From Octopus sinensis (lineage: Eukaryota): a stretch of DNA of 64,000 bases. Made by a program: the position numbers and the translations under genes. Under the pieces are notes generated by a model. The model did no database searches. It was given only the letters and a program-made list of their open reading frames with translations, and was not told the origin of the DNA. The DNA is taken from NCBI RefSeq assembly GCF_006345805.1, contig NC_043014.1:55180001-55244000 (forward strand). The letters are read 5' to 3'. Shown here one piece after another: positions 24,917-36,965 of the stretch (position 1 is the first letter of the stretch; every line of letters begins with the position of its first letter).

Positions 24917-25149
24917 TGTGTATGTGTGTGTATATGTTTGTCTGTGTTTGTCCCTCTAGCATTGCTTGACAACCGATGCTGGTGTGTTTATGTCCCTGTC
25001 ACTTAGCAGTTTAGCAAAAAGAGACCGATAGAATAAGTACTGGGCTTACAAAGAATAAGTCTTCGGGTCGATTTGCTCGACTAAAGGTGGTGCTCCAGCA
25101 TGGCCGCAGTCAAATGACTGAAACAAGTAAAAGAGAAAAAGAGTAAAGA
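24704..25149 (+). mobile_element. SINE family A, full length
   Basis: Family A consensus. Confidence 0.9.
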
Positions 25150-25669
25150 GTACATATCCCATCCCTACCAACTTAAGATAAAGCAAGAAAATATTGGTTA
25201 ATGTCGTCATGGATACAGAGTTTAGAAAAAAGAAAAAAAGATGGGCTGGGCATGACTGCCATGTCTTGATTACAGTTTTGTTCATTCAGAGCTGACTGAC
25301 CTGGGGTTAAACAAGACCATAATTCATAAAATAAAGGACCCTTCTAAAAGTAAGTTCAATTCCCTTCTCATCATGGCTTCTTCCACAAGAATGGAATCTC
25401 ATATTGGCTTCAAATTTTGGCTCAAGGCCAGTAATTTTGGAGGAAAGGGTAAGTCAGCTCCACTGGTCCTTACTGACCCCAGAAGGATGAAAGGCAACAG
25501 AATCTGAGCTCTGAACGTAAAGACAGACAAAATGCTGCTGAGCATTTTTCACAGAGTGCTGATGATTCTTCCAGCTTGCAATTTTACTGGAATCTCATAT
25601 TAATAAATCTATAAAATACCACCACCACCACCAACACCACCCCAACCCCACTGCCACCACCATTGTTGT

Positions 25670-25950
25670 TTTAATGTCTACCTTTCCATGCTTGCATGGG
25701 ACTGACGACTTTCAATGACGCAGATTTTCTATGGCCACGTTGCTCTTCCTGTTGCCAACTTTCACTCGTTTCCAAGCAAAGTAATATTTTTCCCTATGGA
25801 TGGTCATGTTCCTATCACAGAAGATTGGAAATGAACAAATGGCACAATGGTGGTGCTCATTTACAACTATTCTGTGATGTCAAGACAAGGGAACATGTAC
25901 AGCCATCATCGTTTTGACTTCCACTTTTCCATGCTTGCATGGGTCAGACT
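25670..25950 (-). mobile_element. Family G: (GAT)n-tailed element related to family C
   Basis: TTTCCATGCTTGCATGGG..CTTCCTGTTGCCAAC..CCAAGCAAAGTAATATTT..GTCAAGACAAGG; homologues at ~26415-26520, 33480-33600, 55860-56085, 56945-57120 and 59710-59930. Confidence 0.7.
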
Positions 25951-25961
25951 GATTTTATTAA

Positions 25962-26407
25962 CCCTTTAGCCTTCAGATTGATCTGTTAAATGCTATGTTA
26001 GTCCACATTACTCCGTAAGGAGGAGCATGGGGCTGGTTTCCCAATTTCTCTGGCATATATATTCATCCCTGGAAGGTCCACTGGTTCATTGCAGAATGAC
26101 ATTTTTATCAGATGAGTGGATTGGAGCAATGTGAAATAAAGCGTCTTGCTCAAGAACATGAGCCATCACCCAGTCCAGGAATTGAAACCACAATCTTACA
26201 ATCGGTAAGCCACGTGCCTCCACTGTCAAATGTAATGCTTATTTATTCACACTGTTTTGAATTAATCCTGTAGCTTTGAGATTTCAATGATGCGATTGGT
26301 TATTTTCAGAATGACATTGTAGAGTGGACGTGAGAAGCCAGATCTGGTCAGTTTGAGCATAAAACAGAATATTTTGGCTGGATATGTCCAGTTTAAACGC
26401 TAAAGGG
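25962..26407 (+). mobile_element. piggyBac-like MITE P2 interrupted by a family E SINE (~26000-26222)
   Basis: TTAA|CCCTTTAGC ... GCTAAAGGG|TTAA. Confidence 0.8.
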
Positions 26408-27450
26408 TTAATGCAGACATTTCTACAGTTGGATACCCTTCCTGTCACCAACCCATAGCCGTTTTGAAGCAAGGTAACATTTCCAGGGCCAGACACATTC
26501 TCACCGAATATTGGAACCTGAACACACTCTTTCATAAACAATGAACTCTTTTTCAGTTTCTGCTGACCGAATCCACTCACAAGGTTTTGGATTACAGTAG
26601 CAGACATTTGCCCAAGGTGCCACACGATAGGATAGAACCTGAAGCAATGCGGTTGGGAAGCAAAGTTCCTAACGGCATGGCGACAAAAGTAAAATTTCTT
26701 TTTTCCTGCCACTGAAACCAGTTGAAAGAGTCAACACTTAAAATTCAAATTTATTTAAAGTGGTTCGTTCAATAACAATGTCCGTTCTGATTAATTTCCA
26801 ATAAGAAATTAAATACAGCCTTCGTTGACAGCCAACAGTTGATATGAATTAGTAAGAGTGTCATAAGAACTTCCCAAAGATAAATAGAGGAGTCAACACA
26901 ACACCTGCAGAGAGTGTTGGTCACTTAATCTTTGTGATGTTACGAAACCAAATTGAATTCCAATTCAATCTATCTTAATATGTTTGGTGATTTAGTCCAG
27001 ATGGTTATTAAAACAGTTCAACAAATCAACAGTTTGAGATAGTAATTTATAACATCTCCCCCACACTCTCTCTTGCCACTGGACAATGTAGACATTGAAA
27101 TATAGATTTTCCTAACACAGCCATGGTGGGCAGCACAGGGATGGCTGTGTGATCAGAAAGTCTGCTTCCCATCTGTGATCGATGGGGGTTTACTGTCGGA
27201 GGCAAAACAGCTGTTTGTTTTTATTTTTCTAGGTGAAACGGCAGAAATGGAAAGAAAGGGAATAAGAGACAGGCATATGACAACAGCACGAAACATTACA
27301 ACAGATGGAATATTTTCGGGCATACAAGACAGATTTTTGGGACCAAAATTTACAGGAGGGAAAAAAAAAAAAAAAAGGCAAGCCAACACCAAGATGACTT
27401 TGGGAAACCTAAAATTCCATGAGAAATACAGCAGGATTTGAACTGATAAT

Positions 27451-27690
27451 ATCATCATCATCATCGTTTAATGTCCGCTTTCCATGCTAGCATGGGTTGG
27501 ACAATTTGACTGAGGACTGGCGAACCAGATGGCTGCACCAGGCTCCAGTCTGATCTGGCAGAATTTCTACAGCTGGATGCACTTCCTAATGCCAACCACT
27601 CCGAGAGTGTAGTGGGTGATTTTATGTGCCACCGGCACGAGGGCCAGTCAGGCGGTACTGGCAATGACCTCGCTCGAATCTCGAATCTCA
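27451..27690 (-). mobile_element. Family C copy
   Basis: CATCATCATCGTTTAATGTCCG..CTGGATGCACTTCC..GTGCCACCGGCAC. Confidence 0.88.
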
Positions 27691-27980
27691 AAATATGTTT
27701 GCAATGTTAACACTACATGTTTGCCCTATATACTATGTCACCATGTGGAAAACACACCATCATCATTTAATGTCTGTTTGCAATGCTGGCATGGGTTGGA
27801 CAGTAAAACAGGAGCTAGCAAGCCAGGGAGCTACACCAGGCTCCATGGTTTGTTTTGGCCTGGTTTCTACGGCTGGACGATCTTCCTAATGTCAACCGCT
27901 TTACAACATGTACTGGGTGCTTTTTACACGGTACAAGCACCAGTGTTTTTTTCATGTAGCACCAGCAGGATTTCCAAGTA

Positions 27981-28697
27981 CAGTTGAACCTTGCGGTACG
28001 GGTGCCCCATTGTACGAGTAATTTGTTGTACAAGCTGAGACTCGTGCAAATTTTTGTCTTGGAGTACGAGCGAAAATCTGCAGTATGAGCACAAAAGCCG
28101 TCCCATCGTGAAGGTAATTTGGTTAATAAAACCAGTTTACATATTTCTTTTGCATTCTCTTTTTTATAATTGTCATTTTATTTGCAACTACACCTTTTCT
28201 GTTTTAAAACCCCTAAAAAATTATTTTTGAGTAGTTTTGTGGGGCTGGAATGGATTAATTATATTTTAGTTAATTTCAATGGGGAAAATCATCATCATCA
28301 TCATCATCGTTTAACACCCGTTTTCCGTGCTAGCACGGGTTGGACAGTTTGACTGGGATCTGGGAAGCCAGGAGGTTGCACCAAGCTCCAATCTGATCTG
28401 GCAGTGTTTCTACTGCTGGATGCCCTTCGTAACGCCAACCACTCCGTGAGTGTAGTGGGTGCTTTTTACGTGCCACCAGCACAGGTGCCAGGTGAGGCTG
28501 GCAACGGCCACGATCGGTTGGTGCTTTTTATGTACCACCAGCACAGAAGCCAGTCAAGGCGGCACTGGCAATGGCCATGTTCGGATAGTGCTTTTTATGT
28601 GCCACCGGCACAGGTATCACAACTACAATTTCCATTTGAATTTGTAAGATGAGCTTGGTCATGGAATGAATTAAACTCACACTGCGAGGTATCACTG
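27981..28697 (+). mobile_element. pogo/Tigger-like non-autonomous DNA transposon interrupted by family C (28290-28640)
   Basis: TA|CAGTTGAACCT ... GAGGTATCACTG|TA imperfect TIRs with TA flanks; subterminal GGAATGGATTAATT..TTTCAATGGG typical of Tigger-like MITEs. Confidence 0.65.
28290..28640 (-). mobile_element. Family C copy reaching the upstream UTR segment
   Basis: Shares CAGGTATCACAACTACAATTTCCATTTGA with 20588-20617. Confidence 0.88.
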
Positions 28698-28786
28698 TAG
28701 TTTGCAAGACAAAGGCCTTTCAGGTAAAAGAGAAAGTGAAACCAAGGGAAGTTTCTGTGAGCCACGTGAGAGGTGAGAGTATAACA

Positions 28787-28817
<31 letters not shown>

Positions 28818-29150
28818 TAAAAACCAAATAAAAGTTTTGCACAGAAAACTGTACATGGAAAAAAAGGAAAAGAAGTAGAGTGACATTTTGAGAGTGAAAA
28901 TACAAGATAAAAACAAACAAGAAACAAAATCTATTTGAAGCAGATGGGTGTAGCTGGAAATCACCAGACAAACAAAGCAACTTTGAAGCGTTTTTCTATT
29001 TATATTCTCTCCTCTCATGCATTTAAACATTTTTATCTTTTCTTTCATATCAAACTCACCAGAGACTCACACATTTACAGTCAAATTAATACTGTCCGAT
29101 TTTATCTAAAAATATTTTAAGTTCCAAATAACTTAATGTCAAAAAGTTAG

Positions 29151-29372
29151 GTGCTAGTCCTAGCTGCTGGGGGTGATTGCCTCCCCTTCGCAAATATAAG
29201 GACACAGGAAATGTGTCAAAGCCGACAGGAAGCATCGATGCTTCCTAGGGCTAAACAGCGGTGGTGTAATTCCCTTTACGGGGACTGTCACATTAAGTTG
29301 ACAGTATACAACCGCTCTATTGCTCCACCACTGCTCATGTCTCTCTGAGACATTTAGAAATTCAATATTTCT
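29151..29372. other. Hairpin-dense 222-bp segment bracketed by a 10-bp direct repeat (unclassified insertion or structured RNA)
   Basis: AAAAAGTTAG at 29141-29150 and 29373-29382; at least seven stems including the perfect palindrome AGGAAGCATCGATGCTTCCT (29227-29246). Confidence 0.5.
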
Positions 29373-29818
29373 AAAAAGTTAGTTGTTTTTACTAGATACC
29401 TCCGAATACCTGATAATTTATTTGAAAACTCATGCAGTATATTTTATCAGGAATACAGTAATAAAATGGTTAAGCACCATTCTTATCTACCCCCTCCTCC
29501 AACTCATATGGCATCACACACACACACACACACGCACGCAATGCATAATACACTATTTGTATTGCCACATTTTCTTCCCAAATTCTGTTTATGTCCAGCT
29601 AGCAACAAATAAATTCTTTTCTGGATGCAGCAATTCAGCAAACTTTCTCTACAATAGCTTCTCTGTTCCATCCACATCTAATCAAAATATCTGCAGCATC
29701 TATTTCTGAAACACAACTGCGTTGTTTAGTTCCTAATTAGCTCTGATCTACTAAACATAGGATATATTCAAGACATGACCACTTCCTCTCTCATTTGTCT
29801 GAAGAACAGTTTAACCTT

Positions 29819-30317
29819 ACAGTTCTATATTTAAGAGATGGGGAATTAGGTACATTATTTACATTTGACGGATATTTGTCCTCATCTTGTTTGTTGTTAA
29901 TGCAAGTTTTGGCTGATATACCTTCCAGCCTTCATCAGGTGTCTTGAGGAAATTTTGAACTTGGGTTCTCATTCCTAAGGTATTTTTCAATGTTATTATT
30001 ATTATTATTCAGGTCATTGCCTGAAATCGAACTCAGAATCATGGGGTTAGAAACCTGTGCTACTAACCCCAAGATTCTGAGTTCGATTCCAGGCAGTGAC
30101 CTGAATAATAATAATAATAATAGTAATAATAATATAATAATAATAATAATAATATAATAATAACAACAACAACAACATCGAAAAATACCTTAGGAATGAG
30201 AACTCAGGTTCAAAATTTGCCCCAAGACACCTGATAAAGGCTGGAGGGTATATCAGCTGTTGTGTTAACAACAAACAAGATGAGGACAAATATCTGGCAA
30301 ATGTAAATAATGTAAAT
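29819..30317. mobile_element. Fold-back Penelope-like element (same family as 16883-17138) with tRNA-like head, 11-bp TSD
   Basis: TSD AGTTTAACCTT at 29808-29818 and 30318-30328; arms 29851-30050 and 30063-30314; 12-nt loop; decayed hammerhead cores in both arms; B-box GAGTTCGATTCC at 30079-30090. Confidence 0.85.
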
Positions 30318-30324
30318 AGTTTAA

Positions 30325-30600
30325 CCTTTTCGATACAGACTTGCCCAAGACTGTTGTCCTTGGCTCTATGATGCAAACATCTGGATTTAAAATCGTCTGA
30401 ATTAACTTTTATAGCATATTCACATTGTTCTGAATAAATCCTGGATTATCTTATAGCTTCAGAGATTTCAATGATGTTGATGCTTATTTTTTAGAATGAC
30501 ATTGTAGGGTAGGTGTGAGAGTCCAGATCTGACCAGTTTAACCATAAAACAGGCAGAATATATGGGCTGGGCATGGCTGGTTTAAATGCTCAAAGGTTAA
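30325..30600 (+). mobile_element. piggyBac-like MITE, P2-related
   Basis: Body homologous to 26225-26407; ends ..CAAAGG|TTAA. Confidence 0.65.
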
Positions 30601-30643
30601 AGTTGTTTGTGAAAATTATGTTCCAAACACCAGCTTAATAATA

Positions 30644-30805
30644 GGTGCAGGAGTGGCTGTGTGGTAAGTAGCTTGTTTACCAACCACATGGTTCCGGGTT
30701 CAGTTCCACTGCGTGGCACCTTGGGCAAGTGTCTTCTACTATAGCCTCGGGCCGACCAAAGCCTTGTGAGTGGATTTGGTAGACGGAAACTGAAAGAAGC
30801 CCGTC

Positions 30806-30840
<35 letters not shown>

Positions 30841-31059
30841 TGTGTGTGTTTGTGTGTCTGTATTTGTCCCCCTAGCATTGCTTGACAACTGATGCTGGTG
30901 TGTTTATGTCCCCGTTACTTAGCGGTTCGGCAAAAGAGACCGATAGAATAAGTACTGGGCTTACAAAAGAATGAGTCCCGGGGTCGAGTTGCTCGATTAA
31001 AGGCGGTGCTCCAGCATGGCCGCAGTCAAATGACTGAAACAAGTAAAAGAGTAAAAGAG
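30644..31059 (+). mobile_element. SINE family A, full length
   Basis: Family A consensus. Confidence 0.9.
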
Positions 31060-31629
31060 TATTATTTTCAAAATTAAAAGACTCAAAGCCAGTGCGTATC
31101 AATAAGGAATATGGTAAGGAAAGGGTTAGCTTGGATTACATCACCCAATGTGTCCTCCTTCGAGACGGCAGGCTGTGGTTCAAAAGAGACTTGGTTGTTA
31201 TTTGACCCATATAGAAATACACTGACTGGCTCAAAGAAAAACACATTGATAAGAAAAAAGTTCCTCAGCTTCTTTGTACTGGAATCTTGTCTTTGGTTGA
31301 AACAATTTTTAATATTTGCCATTTTCAATCTGTTTTTGCTTCCCAAAATAGCCATTCCTCAAGTGAATGGCATTAACAATGTTAAATGTTACACTTCACA
31401 GAAGTGCTTTATGTGGGTCACTTGACAATTTAGTTTAGCTTTCTTATGAATCACGCACGCACGCAACCACCCCCACCCAGCCAGCCCCCCACACACACAC
31501 CAGCTGAATGGTTATAATTGTACGAATTACAATCTATGAGCTGTGTGTGTGTGTGTAGCTCCATACTTTACAGACTTCAGCCAACCTATCTGTCAACAGG
31601 TACAACTCCCCATACATAAATGGCATGAG

Positions 31630-31780
31630 CCAACCAGAGAGAGTTTCTATGCCATTGCTAGAAACAGCAGCTAAATCTCACTCAGATGACAATCTACTTC
31701 CTTTGAAAAGAAAGGATACACTGGACAATATAGCCCTAGATATACAAATAACGAGAGTATAGTGGTGCTCTTGTCCAGTT
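31630..31780 (+). mobile_element. Family H interspersed repeat (unclassified, SINE-like)
   Basis: GCTAGAAA(T/C)AGCAGC(C/T)AAATCTC..AAAGGA(T/C)ACA(C/T)TGGA(T/C)AAT motif also at ~6130-6330, 37770-37920, 42900-43050(-), 60530-60680 and 62690-62990. Confidence 0.65.
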
Positions 31781-32582
31781 GGTCAAGATACCTCTGTTGT
31801 GTGTATAAGGGTACTTCTAGTCTTAGTTTAGAAATAAGGGTTCCTAGTTCAGATCTTAGTCCAGTTGTTTAACAGTAAGTCAGTCCTAATTGAGCAGAAC
31901 TATGATCAAAGACGTTCCAAAGTGACCATCCCACCCTTTCAGGCATAGTTTAGCTCAGATAATGTTATTCAATAAATATATCTCTGTTCATTGCTCTCCA
32001 CCTTTTAAAGGTGATATGATTTGATTTGAGGTAGATTTGGCCACTATTTCTAGAACATGTTGAGCAACCACATAGAAGTGCTCTCAATGGCTTGTTTCAT
32101 TATTTGTTTGATGTGGAATTAATTAGTTTTTAATTTAAATTATTATGCAGAATACACAAAAGCAGGGTATTTGATTTAGTGAAAGGTTCTACTTGCAAAA
32201 TTAAAAGCATGATGATGATGATGATGATGATGGATGATGATGATGAAGAGGAAGAGGAAGAAGAAGTTAAGTGGGATTGAAAGCAGCTGAATTTCGCAAC
32301 CTTTTAAATTCTACTAACATGTAATTTAGAAATTTATTTTACCATAAAATAAATAAATAAAATAATAGATTGTGGAAATAAAAATTCCATGATGAAAATG
32401 GTTTCCACGATAAAAATGATTTCATTTCACCCTTTTCAAATCATATAAAATTCAAATAAAAATTATAAATGAATAACATTTTCTATTCGCTGTAAAATTT
32501 GTTATCATTTTGAGATCAATATATTTCTATGGGTTTTTGAAAATTGTCTAAATTTATCCCTTAGAAAATTGTTATAAAGACG

Positions 32583-32620
32583 AAAAATTATATTATATTA
32601 TATTTTATATATATATACAT

Positions 32621-32655
<35 letters not shown>

Positions 32656-32984
32656 CACACACACACATATATATATACACACACACATATATATACACAC
32701 ACACACATATATATACACACACACACACATATATATACACACACACACACACATATATATACACACACACACACACATATATATACACCCACACATAAAT
32801 ACACACACACACACACATATATTACACACAACACACACATATATATAACACACACACACACATATATATACACACACACACACATATATATACACACACA
32901 CACACACACTATATACTACACACACACACATATACAACACACACACACACATATATACACACACACACACACACACATATATAT

Positions 32985-33015
<31 letters not shown>

Positions 33016-33091
33016 ACACACATATATATACACACACACACACACACATATATACACACACACACACACATATATACACACACACACACAC
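32583..33091. repeat. Compound (CA)n/(TA)n microsatellite array
   Basis: Alternating CA and TA runs. Confidence 0.95.
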
Positions 33092-33281
33092 TACTGCACG
33101 CATTTTTTTTCTCTCCTTCTTTCTGTGTTTTTCTCTCTCAGTGTATCTTTCTGTTGAAGAGCGTAGGCTCGAAACGTTAAAGACTTGTTTTAATTATATT
33201 TCCTGAGCGCCATACTAATACAATTGTTCGTTTGTCTTCCACCTGCCTTCGTCTTTTGTTTATTTTCATAAAGCTTCCCGT
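33092..33281 (+). mobile_element. Second copy of the ~190-bp hammerhead-bearing element (motif at 33146-33183)
   Basis: Near identical to 8882-9071, including the CTGTTGA core and TCTTT/AAAGA helix I. Confidence 0.75.
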
Positions 33282-33917
33282 TATATATATATATATATAT
33301 ATGTATACACCAGAAGAAAAAGAATAGTGAAAAAAAAGTATTTGATAATAAAAGTAAAAATACATTCCTTTTGGAGTCTAGTTTTGACAAGATTTAAGAA
33401 GCAGAAACTGTTTTTGTAAGTTTAGAATTGTTGCTGTTTAACCCTTTAACATTTAAATGTCACTAGTATAAGCGAAGTTAGTTTTGGCAAGATTTTTACA
33501 GCTGGATGCCCTTCTAGGTGCCAACCACATTACAGCGTGGACTGGATGTCTTTTATCGTGGCACCAACATTGGCAGGGTCACCAAGTAACTCACAAGACA
33601 AGGGATTATGAGAAGGACAGGGGCATTTGTGTCAAAGGACGAAAGTTAGTGTGTGACAAGGAGACAGAAGCCATTGTCTTGCCAAAACAGAGGGGTCAAT
33701 AGATGAGGTGATCCAGTATCAAATGATGAAAGGTTAGAGTGTAACAGAGAAATAGGGAGGCAGAAATAGATGTCTTGCTATAGAAGTGCTATACATGGTG
33801 AGAGATGGCGAGAGAAGCCAGAAACAATGGTATATATATATCTTATTTTTTACTTCAGCCATGCCATGACATTGCCTTGAAGAATTTTTTACTCAAACGA
33901 ATTGACCCCAACCTCTA

Positions 33918-33948
<31 letters not shown>

Positions 33949-34770
33949 GATGGATGGAGAGATGAACGGATGGAGAGACTGATAGTTGGAGAGATAGATG
34001 GACAGAAGGATGGATGTAGAGATAGATGAATGAATAGACGGATGGATGGATTGATGGATGGATAGATGGATAGCTAAATAGATGGATGAAGAGAGATGGA
34101 TGTATGGATGCTATGTAACAGTGTACTGATTGATCTATTGCATTCTTGAAGTGAAAGACATTGCTGGAACGACGATACTGTGGCTGACATCACTATACAA
34201 AAATGCACCACAACACACAAGGTAAACCAACTCATCATTTCTTAATCAATGGTTTCCTTGGTGAGGCCAAGACATGAAATGCTTGGTGCCAAAATTATTT
34301 TCCATGTACATAATTTCTCCTTTGATAATTCATTTTACATTTAAAAAAAAACCAAAAAAAAAAAAAAACCAGTTCTCTTTTAAATTTTAATCAATGGGAA
34401 ATATTGACCCTTGCACAGACACAAAACCTCAGGCTGGCATTGGGGTGGGGTAGTCAATTATATTGATCCCGGTACTTCACTAGTATTTATTTTACTGACC
34501 GCACCCTCACCCCAGTCACAACCTTACCCAGGAAGGTCGAAAGGCAAAGTTGACCTCAATGGGAATTGAAACGTAAAGACAGAAAACACTGAAAACGTGT
34601 CAAAAGAATCAATGAAATATTGAGTGATTATATAACTGTCGTAAATCCAGGTCAGTCTTGACTGAAGAGATTTATGAGTGAAGGTATTCACACCATGACT
34701 ATCTTGTCGCTTCAGGTATAAAGATCACATTAACTTAGGTTAATCTAAAGATTTTGTCTCACATGCTAAT

Positions 34771-35040
34771 GTTAAGTTAAGTTAAGTTAATTTTTTGGCT
34801 CAAAAAGCAAAAAGCAAGGCCATGTAGGGGGACATGGAGTTATGTAGAGGGTGGTGTTCATGCAAAGAGTTCAGGCCATTTCTGGTCAAGGGAGACTTTG
34901 AACCGAGCGGTCGTCAGCATCTTCACCATCTCGTCCAGCAGCTTATTCCACGGATCCGCAACCTGGACGGAGAAAGCCCCTCTCCTTCGATTGAGATGAA
35001 ATCGTCGCAGATAGAGCTTTTCGGAGTGACCCCGCAGCTG
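34771..35040 (-). mobile_element. CR1/L2-type LINE 3' fragment
   Basis: 35040-34858 translates QLRGHSEKLYLRRFHLNRRRGAFSVQVADPWNKLLDEMVKMLTTARFKVSLDQKWPELFA*, matching the CR1 ORF2 C-terminal pattern (LRGH..KL..R..FS.RV...WN.L..FK..LD); short UTR and (TTAAC)n tail. Confidence 0.85.
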
Positions 35041-35054
35041 ACAATAATAATAAT

Positions 35055-35260
35055 CCTTTGTACTAAAGGCACAAGGCCTGAAATTTGTGGGGAGTGGGGC
35101 AGTCGATTACATCGACCCCAGTGTTTCACTGGTACTTAATTTATTGGCCCTGAAAGGATGAAAGGCAAGTTGACCTTGGTGGAATTTGAACTCAGATCAT
35201 GCAGATGTATGAAATGCTTAGCATTTTGCCTGGCATACTAACGACTGCCAGCTCACTGCC

Positions 35261-35262
<2 letters not shown>
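35055..35262 (-). mobile_element. SINE family B copy
   Basis: GGCAGTGAGCTGGCAGTCGTTAG head, central box and GGCCTTGTGCC tail. Confidence 0.8.
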
Positions 35263-35319
<57 letters not shown>

Positions 35320-35329
35320 TAATAATAAT

Positions 35330-35912
35330 CACCACCCTGAAGCTGTAACTGAAGGCGAAAATGTAACGATTCTGTGGGACTTTCTAGTACATACAGACCG
35401 AACCATCAAAGCCAATAAACCGGATATTGTTGTGAAAGACCAAAACAATAAAGTTTGCTTATTGATCGACATGAGCATCCCCTGTGATCATAATATCTCA
35501 ACGAAAAAATTTGACAAACTCAGAAAATATAAAGACCTGCTCATTGAAATTGAGAAAATGTAGCATCTCAAGGCGGTTACAATACCAGTGATCGTAGGAG
35601 CACTAGGAATGATCAAGAAGGGAACCGAAAATTATATGAGAATGATCCCTGGCTTACCATCCCTGCAAGAAGTGCAAAAGATTGCCTTAACTGGTACATC
35701 ACACGTATTGAGAAGAGCATTGTCGATGTGAGAACTATTACTACCCATGTATTTTAATTTAACTTTATTTCTATCAAAAAAAAAAAAATGAACGAACTAG
35801 TGAGTTTAGTTTAATGGCCTACCAATGAATACTATGAGTTTCTTTGCCCTAGGAGTTGGGAAGCCACTCGGCAAGAAATGGAAGCAAATTTGAAAGAAGA
35901 AGAAAAACCCAT
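35330..35912 (+). mobile_element. R4/Dong-like non-LTR retrotransposon 3' fragment (restriction-like endonuclease domain) in (TAA)n
   Basis: 35330-35731 translates HHPEAVTEGENVTILWDFLVHTDRTIKANKPDIVVKDQNNKVCLLIDMSIP..KYKDLLIEIEKM*HLKAVTIPVIVGALGMIKKG..LRRALSM*; PD..D..K motif; one premature TAG at 35561; (TAA)n on both sides. Confidence 0.88.
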
Positions 35913-36264
35913 AAATAATAATAATAATGATAATAATAGTTATTATTAATATTATTATTATAATAAAATCAAAACATTGGATAATTTGGTTTTTGAAATC
36001 GTATGCCTGGAAACCGAAGATAAAATGGTCAGGACTGGAACGAGAAGTCTGCTAGATCGGTGCCGCCAGTCTGGGGTGAAGCAACACTGGCAACAAAAAA
36101 CGATTCAGAATTTGAAATTTATTTATTTTATCTACTTGTTTATTTATTTATCTAAACCATTAATTTTAACTTTGACTGCCATGACTTATAGGGGGGAGAG
36201 GGTGGATGGGTGGGTGGGAGGAGACGGAATGGAAGAAATCAGCTCAAATATTTCTATAGACAAT

Positions 36265-36965
36265 AGCACTGTGTGTGTGTGAGTGTGTGCATGTGTGAGT
36301 GCGTGTGTGTGTGAGTGTGTGTGAATGTGTGTGTGAGTGTGTGCATGTGTGTGAGTGTGTGCATGTGTGTGAGTGTGTGAATGTGTGTGAGAGTGTGTGC
36401 ATGTGTGTGTGTGAGTGTGTGTGCATGTGTGTGAGAGTGTGTGAGAGTGTGTGCATGTGTGTGAGAGTGTGTGAGTGTGTGCATGTGTGTGTGAGAGTGT
36501 GTGCATGTGTGTGTGAGTGTGTGGGCATGTGTGTGTGAGAGTGTGTGCATGTGTGTGTGAGAGTGTGTGCATGTGTGTGTGAGAGTGTGTGCATGTGTGT
36601 GTGAGAGTGTGTGCATGTGTGTGTGTGAGTGTGTGTGCATGTGAGTGTGTGCATATGTGAGTGAGTGCACATGAGTGTGTGCATGTGTGACTGTGTGTGC
36701 ATGAGTGTGCATGTGTATGTGTGTATGAGTGAATGTGTGTAGGGGTATATATGTTTGTATAGGTCAATGTGTGTGTGCATGCATGAGTATGGGTGTATGT
36801 GTGCATGAGTGTGTGTGTGCGTGTGTATATGTGTAGGGGGTATATATGTTTGTATAGGTCAATGTGTGTGTGCATGCATGAGTATGGGTGTATGTGTGCA
36901 TGAGTGTGTGTGTGCATGTGTATATGTGTAGGGGTATATATGTTTGTATAGGTCAATGTGTGTGT
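36265..36965. repeat. (GT)-derived minisatellite plus ~85-bp tandem units
   Basis: GTGTGCATGTGTGTGTGAGA units; GTAGGGG(G)TATATATGTTTGTATAGGTCAATGTGTG three times (~36738, 36833, 36927). Confidence 0.9.

Noticed and set aside
27175-27441. 88-aa ORF following an acceptor-like TTTTTCTAG
   Set aside because: No recognisable domain, contains an A-homopolymer, starts in a SINE head, and has no donor site.
29185-29265. Resemblance to c-di-GMP-I riboswitch or HDV-like ribozyme (GCAAA, GAAA hairpin, AAAGCC, GGCTAAAC)
   Set aside because: Motif order and pairings do not fit either topology when traced by hand; kept only as an unclassified structured segment.
32588-33103. CV/YI-repeat ORFs
   Set aside because: Translation of the (CA)/(TA) microsatellite.
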